Translations under genes and position numbers: made by a program | Part shown: positions 37,680 to 48,860 of the stretch, piece by piece | Numbering within the stretch: position 1 is the first letter of the stretch | Layout of the letters: each line of letters opens with the position of its first letter | Notes under the pieces: model-generated | The model's input: only the letters and a program-made list of their open reading frames with translations | The model's database searches: none | Told to the model about the DNA's origin: nothing | Assembly: GCF_023055435.1 (NCBI RefSeq) | Contig: NW_025963779.1 | Span: 76,694,001 to 76,758,000, forward strand | DNA from: Haliotis rufescens | Taxonomy: Eukaryota | Direction of reading: 5' to 3' | DNA length: 64,000 bases

Positions 37680-38705
37680 AGTCAATTGTTCATTTGAAAA
37701 AACACGGGAACATATGGTACAAGTCAAAATAGGGAATTTCATCACACTTCTTTTTTGTTTCTGATGTGTCAAATTTTGAAAAGACATCCACGTCAAGGAC
37801 ACGCCAAGGCCTTGCATGTTGCAACCCTGGTCAAACAAGTTTTGATCAGGAGTCGTATGACGCTCTTTGATATATTCGTAGTAAGAATATGCTCTCCTGT
37901 ACCTAAAAAGTTGTGGAGCTGCAGGAACATTGCTCGACATAAAAGGAAATTGAAGTCATCCCTCTTGTCATACCCCTTGTCTTTTGAATAGTTGTTGTCA
38001 CTAACTGAATCTTTTTGCCGAAATATAAATATGAAGCAGATGAAATTTACACTGGTCTCTTTTATTTCTAGTTCAGGTTTGTAAATCAGTGGAAGGAATT
38101 GGCAACTAGGCGGTTTTTGAACGATATCAAATCATCGATATACCTGGAGCTTAAGTTAAACTCCCTTGTTTTGAGTTTGCCAATCTGAACTGATTTAGAT
38201 ATTCCGATCCATATGCATTATTACGAAATAGATCATTAAGGAGGGGATCACAATTGGTGCCCATTATGTCTTATCCCCAAATTTCACACAGCTGTTTCAT
38301 CAATGAGGAAGTCAAGCATTTCACATATTGTTTTTTCATTCAACTTCAGATGACATATACTTTCTTTTTTTGACAAATTGTCCTGAACATTTGACGACAG
38401 AGGTTTAAGGGACCGACAAGTTGATATTGTGCGTGCGTGCGTGCGTGCTTGCGTGCGTGCGTGCGTGCGTGCGTGAGCGACAAGATGTTTTTTAACTACA
38501 TTTGCAAAACCAGATATTTTATTTAATTCACAACTAGGAGGCAAAATATCGCCGTATAAATATATTCATGGTCACAACGTTAATAGAAAATGGAATTAAG
38601 TTTTTCGTTAAGTTTGCCGTGTGGGACAGTGATATACAAAGTTGAAAAATCAAACATTTCGACATAATTTAACATGGTTCTTGGAGAATGTGAAACGTCA
38701 AGTAA
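37680..38705 (-). mobile_element. Decayed Penelope-like RT fragment (inverted copy)
   Basis: Reverse complement of 26190-27200. Confidence 0.7.
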
Positions 38706-38989
38706 ATTGTTTGTTTGCTGTTTAACGCTGTTTCAAGCTGTTTAACGTTGGTTAACGCTGTTTAACGCAATATCTTAGATATATGGTGCCGGGCGAGTCT
38801 GGACCAGACAATCCAGTGATTGACATACGCATTGAGATCCGGGAAACGATGACGACAGTCCTATTGATATTATGTTCCTTTATGTTCCTTGACAGTGGGA
38901 ACAACCACAAACTTTTCATGTTGGGCTGTCAGATCTCGGATGGCAGCTGGCTGGGAGCAGATGCATTTGATGTCTTTTTTAAACAGATT

Positions 38990-39648
38990 CCATGCATGTT
39001 ACAAAGTACCGTTAAACGAAAAGTAACACTTTCAATAAATTTACAATGCATGAATTATCGTGTAACGTACTCGTAAACCTCCATGGACGTTTCACAAGGG
39101 ATTAAATAAGTACGATATACACTGAAACAACTCAGAAACATTTATTGAATATATATTTGCACAAAGGGTAGAACATCATGTTGAACAATGTCGCCCCGGT
39201 AGCGTACGGCATTCAATGATGAGTTGTGTTCTCTCATGAGTTGTGATGCCACCCCATACCATCACACTTCGACCCCCAAACTGACGATTTTTAGCAACGC
39301 GAACGTCGCTAAAATGTTATCCTGGACGCTGTCCAGATGAAACCTGCTTCGTCTGTGAACAGAATATTGGTCCATTCTTGTCTTCTGAACCTCAGATGCT
39401 GTTTTACACCAGGCGTGCCTGACGGTGATGCGGAAGCAAAATTGGGCGTTTAGCTCAATGTCGGGGCCAGATGTTATGTTCCCTCAACCGGTTACGTACG
39501 GTTCAGCCAATAATTCGTTTCAACCCTTGGATGGTCCTAGTTGTGGCAGTTTGGTGTCGATTCCGTAGATGCACCAACCGAATATAATTGTCTTTTTGAC
39601 GTGATGTCACATGTGGATGACCGGCCTGTGGCAAGTCATGAGTGTTGC
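38990..39648 (-). mobile_element. Decayed Tc1-like fragment (inverted copy)
   Basis: Reverse complement of 25255-25915. Confidence 0.7.
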
Positions 39649-41772
39649 CGACCTGTGAAGATCCGGGGTAGAATAGGTCTTCAGCAACCCATGCTTGCCG
39701 TAAAAGGCGACTATGCTTGTCGTAAGAGGCGGCTAACGGGATCAGGTGGTCAGGCTCGCTGACTTTGTTGAGGCATGTCAATCGCATCTCAATTGCGTGT
39801 ATCGATGCTCATGATGTCAATCACTAGTTTGTCTGATCCAGACTCGATTATTTATCGACCGTCGTCACATAGCTGAAACAGGACATGGTATATGAATCAC
39901 TTTACTCCCAACTGATTGACAATAATTTCATGCCAGACCAGTTATTTGACTAGTACATGTGAGCCCCAGTGAAGATCTTGGTTAGAATTGGTCTTCAGTA
40001 AGCCATGCTTGTCGTAAGAGTAGACTAACGGGATCGGGTGGTCAGGCTCGCTGACTTTGTTGATGCATGTTATTATGTCCCAATTCCTTTGATCGATGCT
40101 CACGATGTCACTCAACGGATTGTCCAGACTCGAATATTTACGGACCGCCGTCATATATAGCTTGAATATTGCTGAGTGCGGCGTTAAACAACAAACAAAC
40201 AAACATGAGCGTTGCCCTTTTGCAGATAACGTCTTCAAAAAGATGATATTGTTTTTCAATGAAAACCATAACGTATGGTAACTTCGTTTTGCACCATTCC
40301 TATTTGCAACATATCCACTGGGCCTAGACGTCGATTTTCACCAATCCGTGACATTGCGTGAGCGTTATTTAGGTGAAACAAACGTGTTTTTACGTCAAAA
40401 TGGGTATAACATGCTTTATTCAGATGCAACTGAACTGCACTCTGGGTGTTGAAAATGCGACATATTTACATAATTTTATCTCCTCCACCCCTCCACCCCC
40501 CAACCACCCCCGAATGTGTGGACTGTAGTTAGTGCTTTTTCTGAGCGCACACCGCGACTCGGGACACTTGTTTGTATTACCGGGGTACACATCAGGTGAC
40601 CCAGTGTATTTTACTCGAGCACAACCCTGGGCTTTGTATCATGACTTTTACTGGTAAAGTAGGTCACAACAGGCCCCGTACNNNNNNNNNNNNNNNNNNN
40701 NNNNNNNNNNNNNNNNNNNNNNNNNNNNNNNNNNNNNNNNNNNNNNNNNNNNNNNNNNNNNNNNNNNNNNNNNNNNNNNNNNNNNNNNNNNNNNNNNNNN
40801 NNNNNNNNNNNNNNNNNNNNNNNNNNNNNNNNNNNNNNNNNNNNNNNNNNNNNNNNNNNNNNNNNNNNNNNNNNNNNNNNNNNNNNNNNNNNNNNNNNNN
40901 NNNNNNNNNNNNNNNNNNNNNNNNNNNNNNNNNNNNNNNNNNNNNNNNNNNNNNNNNNNNNNNNNNNNNNNNNNTCATAACATTTACTTTTCTCTATATT
41001 AAGTTATTACATGCCAAGATACAAGAGGCAAGAGAAAGATAGTAAAAGGTTTTAATTTCCGAAATCTTGCGAGAACCAGGCCCAGGAAATCCCTGTGGAT
41101 AAAAGATATTTGTCACAATACTCCTATACGAGATTTGAAAACTACGAAATACCAGGTTGCGACGGGATTTCAGGAGGACACTTAAAAAAGTTAAAAAGGA
41201 TATATCTCATCCATACATGTAACTCTATTTAATAAAATCCTCACATCTGGCAAATTTCCTAATGAATAGAATGATGTAAAGCTATAATCTGCCCGTAACA
41301 CAAAAAAGGTTCAAAAAGCCACTTTTACAATTACAAAGGAGTTTCTTAACTGAACGTTTTATGTGTCACAGAATGTGTGATTGCCAAATATACTTGTAGA
41401 GCCAAGTATACATACACAGAGTAATGGCTTAAATATTTCCGGGGATGATATCTCTTTTAAACCAATAAAAATGGAGCACACATTCTCTTTCATTTTACAA
41501 TGTGTTAAACCAGTACAGTCGAAGCAAGACAGATATTGTTTCCGAACTGACACTGCTCTTATACTGAAATATACATTGATGATTGACATTGTTATCATGA
41601 CCATCGTTATGACAAATGTTTTATCATATAATGCTATATTGTACTTACACGCAGATAAACTACAAAGTTGGCATTTGGACATCTCAAATTTCTCAAATAA
41701 AACCAAAATTCGTTTCACATGGAACCATAAGGTGCTAAGCAATGTAACCATTCTAAAACAGTGGCTATCCTC

Positions 41773-43666
41773 TCAAATGTTCCTTGGAATGGCTTTGCAC
41801 TTGAAAGGGGGAGCATTATTGGCAATGCCCATTATTCCTATCAGTGGTTGCAGCGTTCCACTCGGAGGGACGAACTTGAACCTCTGAATCAATGTGGTAA
41901 GAACCAGGAACAGTTCCATGCGGCCTAGTGACTCCCCAGGACATGCTCGGCGTCCTGCAAACCAGATTAAACACGAGGAAAGATCATTAAATGATGTACA
42001 CGAATGACATATCTTTTGTTTAGCAGAGTTGTGGGTTTTGACTACACATGTATGTTTCATACATTATTAGTTCATGTTGTAATACATGAAGAAAACGAAT
42101 GATGGTCGACTATATTGTCTCGGTTAACATGGTAATGTCTATGTGCATAGTGTGTGCAATAGGGACAACTTTTCTCAGAAACTACTGACATTAAACAAAA
42201 AACAACCAACCAATCCTTATAGGACTCTTGTTTATAGGTCACTACAATGTGAACAAACTCAATTTAACGTGCCCATTTGCGGAGGGTAGTGATAACGCTG
42301 TTTTCCAGATTTGAATATTGAGTTTGATACATGAGTTCTCACGTTAAATATTCTATTGCTTATTATTATTAAAAACGTCAGGCAGCAAAAAACGTTGATA
42401 CCATCAGCAAAAGATGCTTACCTAGAGAAAAAGCAACTAATTCATCCCTCTTCCGGAATTTCCCTTCATGGTCAAGGAAGCGTTCAGGTCTGAAATTTTG
42501 TGGATCCCCCTACGTTGCCGGATCATGAAGCACAGAGTTCAACATAGGAATAATAGTGACACCCTTTGGAAACGTGTAGCCATGGAACTGGACATCGTGG
42601 GGGACTGTGTGTGGCACCCCTGTGGGTACCATGTCTGCGTGTCTCAGGACTTCTGAAAGCGTGGCTTCTACGTAAGAAAGGCTGGTCTTGTCCTTCATGG
42701 AGGGTCGTCTGTTGAACCCGACGTGTTCTTGGATCTCCTGGAAACACTTCTCCTGAACTTCCGGGTAATGCAGTAGGTGTAGTAGTGACCATTTGATGCT
42801 GTTGGCATTATCAAACGTTCCGGGTGTGAAGATATCAGTCAGAACCATCGATAGGTGACTTTCTAAACAGAAATGATAATGCATTAATTATTAAGACAAT
42901 GCACAAAATGTATGACGATGGATGGATTCAATGACTTTTTCATTTCTTCAGTTTTTTAAGTTTTTCACTGATGGATCTTTATGCTTTGTATAAAGGTGCC
43001 ATCGGAGATATTGTATCTATAAAAAAGATACAGAATTGTCAAATAAAAGCGATAAAATTCTTAGAGTTTGAAATCCAAAAGGACATTGTATGATTCTGAC
43101 TAAATCAAAAACATCAAAGACAGGTGTTTTTTTAAAGCCGTCCTTTATACTGAAAGTATTTATTCCCATTTGCTTATAAATGTATACCATAAATACACTA
43201 ACTCATAATATATAATTCATTTTACCATCAAAAGTCTCGTCTCTTTGCTTGCGGTGTCGCACCTCTTTGAGGAAAGCGGAAGTGAAGTCTTCAACGGGTC
43301 CATCTTCGTCGTAGTTGTTGACGTGTTCCTCAATGTGTTTAGCTACTTCCTTCTCCAGTATTTGGATGTTTCTCATAAGGCGTTTATAGTTAAAGAAATC
43401 TCCCGGTAGAAATCTCACAGCTGGAAACACATCCAAAACGTTAGCAGCTCCTAAATCAGTAAACATCTCCTCTACTGCGTCTAGCAGCCTGATGAATCGT
43501 GGGTCATTGTATTCATAATGCTTTCCGAAACAAAGGTCAGAAACGATATTAGACGTAGCATTGTGGACAAGTCGTTTACAATCAAACTCATTCGAACCTT
43601 CATCCTCAAATGCTTTCAAAAGTTTATCCAGTTCTTGCTGTATTTTCTCTTCTATGGTTCCCACCC
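41773..43666 (-). pseudogene. CYP2-like copy C pseudogene; partial exon 2 about 43666-43226, exon 3 42862-42422, exon 4 41954-41773
   Basis: Near-identical to A/B. TGG to TAG nonsense at 42510-42512 (DPAT*GDP), before PERF and the heme Cys. Exon 1 and the 5' part of exon 2 are missing. Confidence 0.92.
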
Positions 43667-43670
43667 TTCC

Positions 43671-43818
43671 GATCGTAAAGTTGTGTAAGTTTCCCTAAGA
43701 CTGAGAACGGGTGTTTGATCGTAAAGATGTGTAAGTTTCCCTAAGACCGAGAACGGGTGTTTGATTGTAAAGATGTGTAAGTTTTCCTAAGACCGAAAAC
43801 GGGTGTTGGATCGTGAAG
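43671..43818. repeat. 46-bp tandem repeat x3.2 at the C/D breakpoint
   Basis: Unit GATCGTAAAGATGTGTAAGTTTCCCTAAGACCGAGAACGGGTGTTT at 43671, 43717 and 43763. Confidence 0.9.
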
Positions 43819-43945
43819 CGAGAGTCACCAGAGCGTGAGGCACGGTAACGGTTTAACGAGACAGCGGTGGCACTATAGCGCGGTAATTGAGCGGATGGTA
43901 GAGCTCGGGCTGCGCCCGGTAAACTGCATTGTTGCCCCAAACGAT

Positions 43946-44670
43946 TCCGAGTAGACGTCAGTTCGAGGGCACACTGTGGTGCACTGGGCTACAAAAAGCA
44001 TCAGCGAGATAACCTACATTTATTCGGCAACTAGACATGGCAGCCATGTTAAATCAAAGCAAATTTCAGTTCAGTATAAGAGCAGTGTCAGTTCGGAAAC
44101 AATATCTAATGTCTTGCTTCGACTGTCCTGGTTTAACACATTGTAAAATGAAAGAGAATGTGTGCTTCATTTTTATTGGTTGAAAAGAGATATCATCCCC
44201 GGAAATATTTAAGCCATTACTCTGTGTATGTATACTTGGCTTTACAAGTATATTTGGCAATCACACATTCTGTGACACATAAAACGTTCAGTTAAGAAAC
44301 TCCTTTGTAATTGTTAAAGTATCTTTTTGAACCTTTTTTGTGTTACTGGCAGATTATAGCTTTACAACATTCTATTCATTAGGAATATTTGCCAGATGTA
44401 AGGATTTCATAAATAGAGTTACATGTATGGATGAGATATATCCTTTTAACTTTTTTAAGTGTTCTCCTGAATCCCGGCGCAACCTGGTATTTCGTAGTTT
44501 TCAAATCTCGTATAGGAGTATTGTGACAAATATCTTTTATCCACAGGGATTTCCTGGGCCTGGAGAGACAGACAGACAGACAGACACACAGAGAGAGAGA
44601 GAAAGAGAGATGACCTTTGAGACTCAGTACGGGGCCTGTTGTGACCTACTTTACCGGTGAAAGTCATGAT
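43946..44670 (+). pseudogene. CYP2-like ghost copy D: upstream region plus first 8 codons (MAAMLNQS) fused directly to the gene's 3' flank
   Basis: 43946-44062 matches 12120-12236; 44063 onward matches about 24021 onward and then the A-type 3' flank. Confidence 0.88.
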
Positions 44671-44892
44671 GTGCCAGCTTAATGTGGGAGGAAAGCCCGA
44701 AGTGATGCATGTCTAAGACGTTTACCACTTCGGTGAAACCCACGAGCACGGGTATGGTGCTGACAAACCTAGAAACATAATCGGGGCGAACCGGGATTCG
44801 AACCCACAATCATAGGTTGCTGGCGTGCCAAAGGGTCGCAACTCTGCACACAGAATCGCGGCGCCTTAGACGACTGGGCCACCCGTGCCCCC
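44670..44892 (-). mobile_element. SINE family 1 with its tail missing, at the D/X' junction
   Basis: Reverse complement of the family 1 head and body. Confidence 0.85.
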
Positions 44893-47800
44893 TTACACAT
44901 TCAAAGCCTCAGCCTTGATTTCAAAAGGTTTTATGGTAGACATATAGAGGAGATTTGACGCATCGGTAGTAAAAATTGTGTCCGGTGCAATTTCTTATTT
45001 TGACTTGTGCCATATATTCCTCAGCAGGTGTCACATTGATTTTATGAATATCGTTTTCAAGCACATGTTCGCAGGCAAAATATATTTTACACCCGTTATC
45101 TATAGTTCATAGATAGTGTGTAAGAGACATAAAATTGTTGATCAAAGTTGTTTCAGATTTGTTCTACGTCTTTTAAGAGAGATGAAAAATGTCTGTCGGA
45201 TTTGGTTATATTGTACACACTCAGGGTCGGTCATGAAAGGGTGTTCAGTTTGCTTGCTGCACGTGGTCTTTCCCTCAAACGTTGTCTTCAAATTCATTGT
45301 ATACCGCTAAGCTATTGTTTCACCATAAGGAATCACGAATTTTTGTTTTGTTTTCCTGGTATTGCTTGGATTTAGACGGTTTATAAAACACTTCAGTTAT
45401 AGCAGTCGTAACACGTATTCTATATAATGCGTGAATCTTGCAGGTGCATTACGTGCTAAAACTTCAAACTTGCACAATTATATGGTGACTGCTGTATACA
45501 TTTTGACACAAATAATATACCTTAATATATAAACGAGAGGCACTGATAACAAGAAATGCGGAGTGTGAAACATATGTAACATTACTTCCATGTATCCATT
45601 TATAAATTGTATTCGCGAACACCTGGTATCATCATTATTTGATAGGGATACAAAAGCAAGCACATACTTATGACATAGTAGGAATCGGACACTTGACACC
45701 ACGTGTTTATATCCACTACACGCATTATTTAATACATACATCGACCTCTACATCCACGTGTTTACATCCACTACACGCATTATTTAATACATACATCAAC
45801 CTCAACATCCGCGTGTTTACATCCACTACACGCATTATTTAAAACATACATCGACCTCTAAATCCACGTGTTTACATCCACTACATCCATTATTTAAACA
45901 TACATCGACCTCAACATCCGCGTGTTTACATCTACTACATCCATTATTTAAACATACATCGACCTCTACATCCACGTGTTTACATCCACTACACGCATTA
46001 TTTAAAACATACATCGACCTCTAAATCCACGTGTTTACATCCACTACATCCATTATTTAAACATACATCGACCTCAACATCCGCGTGTTTACATCTACTA
46101 CATCCATTATTTAAACATACATCGACCTCTACATCCGCGTGTTTACATCCACTGCACGCATTATTTAATACATACATCGACCTCAACATCCGCGTGTTTA
46201 CATCCACTACACTCATTATTTAATACATACATCGACCTCTAAATCCACGTGTTTACATCCAATACACGCATTAGTTAATACATATATCGACCTCTACATC
46301 CGCGTGTTTACATCTACTACATCCATTATTTAAACATACATCGACCTCTAAATCCGCGTGTTTACATCTACTACATCCATTATTTAAACATACATCGACC
46401 TCTACATCCACGTGTTAACATCCGCTACTCGCATATTTAAAACATACATCGACCTCTAAACCTGCATGTTTCAATACTGGAAATTCACAGTTGCGTGAAC
46501 TGTTTTACCTGGACATGTTACCCCGGTCTTGTACTCACAGGACGAAATGTGAAGATTCGGGTGAGAATATGTTTTTCACCAACCCATGCTTGTCGTAAGA
46601 GTCGATTACCGGGATCGGGTTAGCATTGGTCTTCAGAAATCGATTTGTAAGAGGCGACTAACGGGATCGGGTGATCAGGCTCGCTGACTTGGTTGATGCA
46701 TGTCATCGTATCCCAACTGCGGTGAATAATTATGTCAGTCACTAGATTGTCAGGTGCAGACTTGGTTTACAGACCGACCTCATATGGCTGAAACTGGTTG
46801 AATGAACATACAACAAATAAAAGGATATATTGCAGAATGCGGCTTTAAAAAACAAACAATTTTTTTTACAAATCTGACATGATAATATAACATTACCACC
46901 AAGACACTCATGTCAAGGTGACGTTGTCCCAATAGCTGACTGACACAGTAACAATCTAATAAAAATCAGACCTCAGTTCTCGCTACCGCTAAACAAAGAT
47001 CCGGGGACATCCCATTAGGGGTCACGTCAGAACGACCTTTCATCCGACCAATCAGAGCATCGATTATGAAAGTGACAGTCGGAATGTGATTTCTAATCAT
47101 GCATCCTCGAAGACTTTAACCCCGAACGATAGTTACGGGTTTAACGACTGAATCCATACAATCTAGACCACCTGTTAGCCTTTCTAGAATGTTCTTTTGT
47201 TCAGGTTTCAAATTTGTAATCGAGAATTTGCCAAAATATGTTTCGAAGCGTGGTCGCCAATTGAAAATAGTGCCGTAAAGCACGAGAAAGCTGCCTTCTG
47301 ATTGGTCATTCCATTGGTCGGTCCAAGTTGGCGCAAGGTCGGTCTGACGTGACCCGTATGGGATGTCCTCAGATCTTTGTTTAGCTGTAGCGAGAACTAT
47401 GATCTGATTTTAATGAGATTGGCACAGTAACAACACTCATTGTTGTCAGGTGTTTGTCATAAATAGAATAGATAAGTATCGGTACTTCGCAGTTAAGAGC
47501 AGATGGCACCCTTTCAGATATACACTAGACTGTGCTGGTATGTGTTTGAGGAGGAGAAAAAATGACACAGAGGTCTAAGTCACCACAGCATGATAGAAGC
47601 CATCCTCAATAGGTCCTCCCAAATAAGCATCACTCACACTAACAATGACACCCAAAATGTATTAGTGAGTGAGTGAGTTGGGTTTAACGCCGCTTTTAAC
47701 AGTATTACAGTTATATCGCGGCGTGTCAGCTTAATGTGGGAGGGAAGCCCGAAGTGATGCAGGTCTTAGACGTTTCCCATTTCGGTGAAACCCTCGAGTA

Positions 47801-48440
47801 CGGGTATGGTGCTGAAAAACCTAGAAACATAATCGGGGCGAACCGAGATTCGAACCCACAATCATAGGTTTCCGGCGTGCCTAAGGGACGCAACTCTGCA
47901 CAGCGAATCGTGGCGTCTTAGACGACTGGGCCACCCGTGCCCCCCAAAATGTATCAGCATGTATCCGAATTTATATCAGTTTTGTGGACAAACATTGTCA
48001 CAAACTCTGCAAACACTAATGGACATGCCCTGCTCCACAACCCGAACAATGATTGAAGTGTGCGCAACATTAGACTACAGTATCCCATCGTGGATTCTCA
48101 GGCCTCACTCTAATGGAGTCAGGCAGGAATCATCAAAATTGCAGATTTCTTCTGGCTTAAATATGTAACGAAATATTTCTAAGACCTCACTAATTGATCG
48201 ATGACTTAAGGAAATATTCTTTTGTCTGAAACATTTATGGTGGTAACAAATACTCCCTTTTGATGTGATGGTTTCAATAAACACCGACCGCTTACACTTT
48301 TTTTAACAAGAGTCCAACATTGGACATCCGTGAGAAGGACTGAACACTGCTTCTGAGAGTCAATCTCTCCATAAAACGAGGAAACGAGCACCACCCTCAT
48401 TTTCAGTTTAAGTCCAACTTGTCATGAAAACATAAAAAAA
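44893..48440 (+). repeat. Segmental duplicate block X' (includes a 55-bp minisatellite at 45700-46460 and a family 1 SINE at 47662-47944)
   Basis: Colinear with 32140-35275. Confidence 0.9.
46952..47421. mobile_element. Second copy of the long-TIR, 9-bp-TSD element
   Basis: TSD ACACAGTAA/GCACAGTAA; same TIRs as 33821-34300. Confidence 0.75.
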
Positions 48441-48860
48441 AAAATTAAAATCCAAAATCATCAAAAGGCATCAGTGCACCACGAGACTGATCCGAAAAGC
48501 AAGGGTGTTGCTCCAGATAACAGACGGACATCGGACATGCTGATCGCTATAAATCGCTATAAAATCTACTTAAGAAGAAATTGGTTGAATTAACATACAA
48601 CAAATAAATATTGCATAAGGAGACCCATTCGGACAGCGGTTATTGTTAATACATTCAAAAGCATCCTCTGATAATATACATGTTTACTGACGACGCGTTC
48701 TAGTTCTTCTTATGAAATGTACTTAAGCCTATATACACAAGCATATAAGAAGACGTGTACGCACATTTATGTGAAAAGAAATCACTCGTTTGTCAAAACA
48801 TGTTTATGTTTTAATGTTTTTATCTGGAAAGCCTTGAAGGGCTTCAACTGATCTGGGATA

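Larger units (their letters stand above)
35570..43666 (-). repeat. Inverted segmental duplicate of about 21790-29490 (right arm of the quasi-palindrome)
   Basis: Mirror-image ORFs (for example 27439-27663 + vs 37248-37430 -, 26929-27384 + vs 37485-37940 -, 25115-25399 + vs 39503-39787 -) and inverted CYP exons 2-4. Confidence 0.92.
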
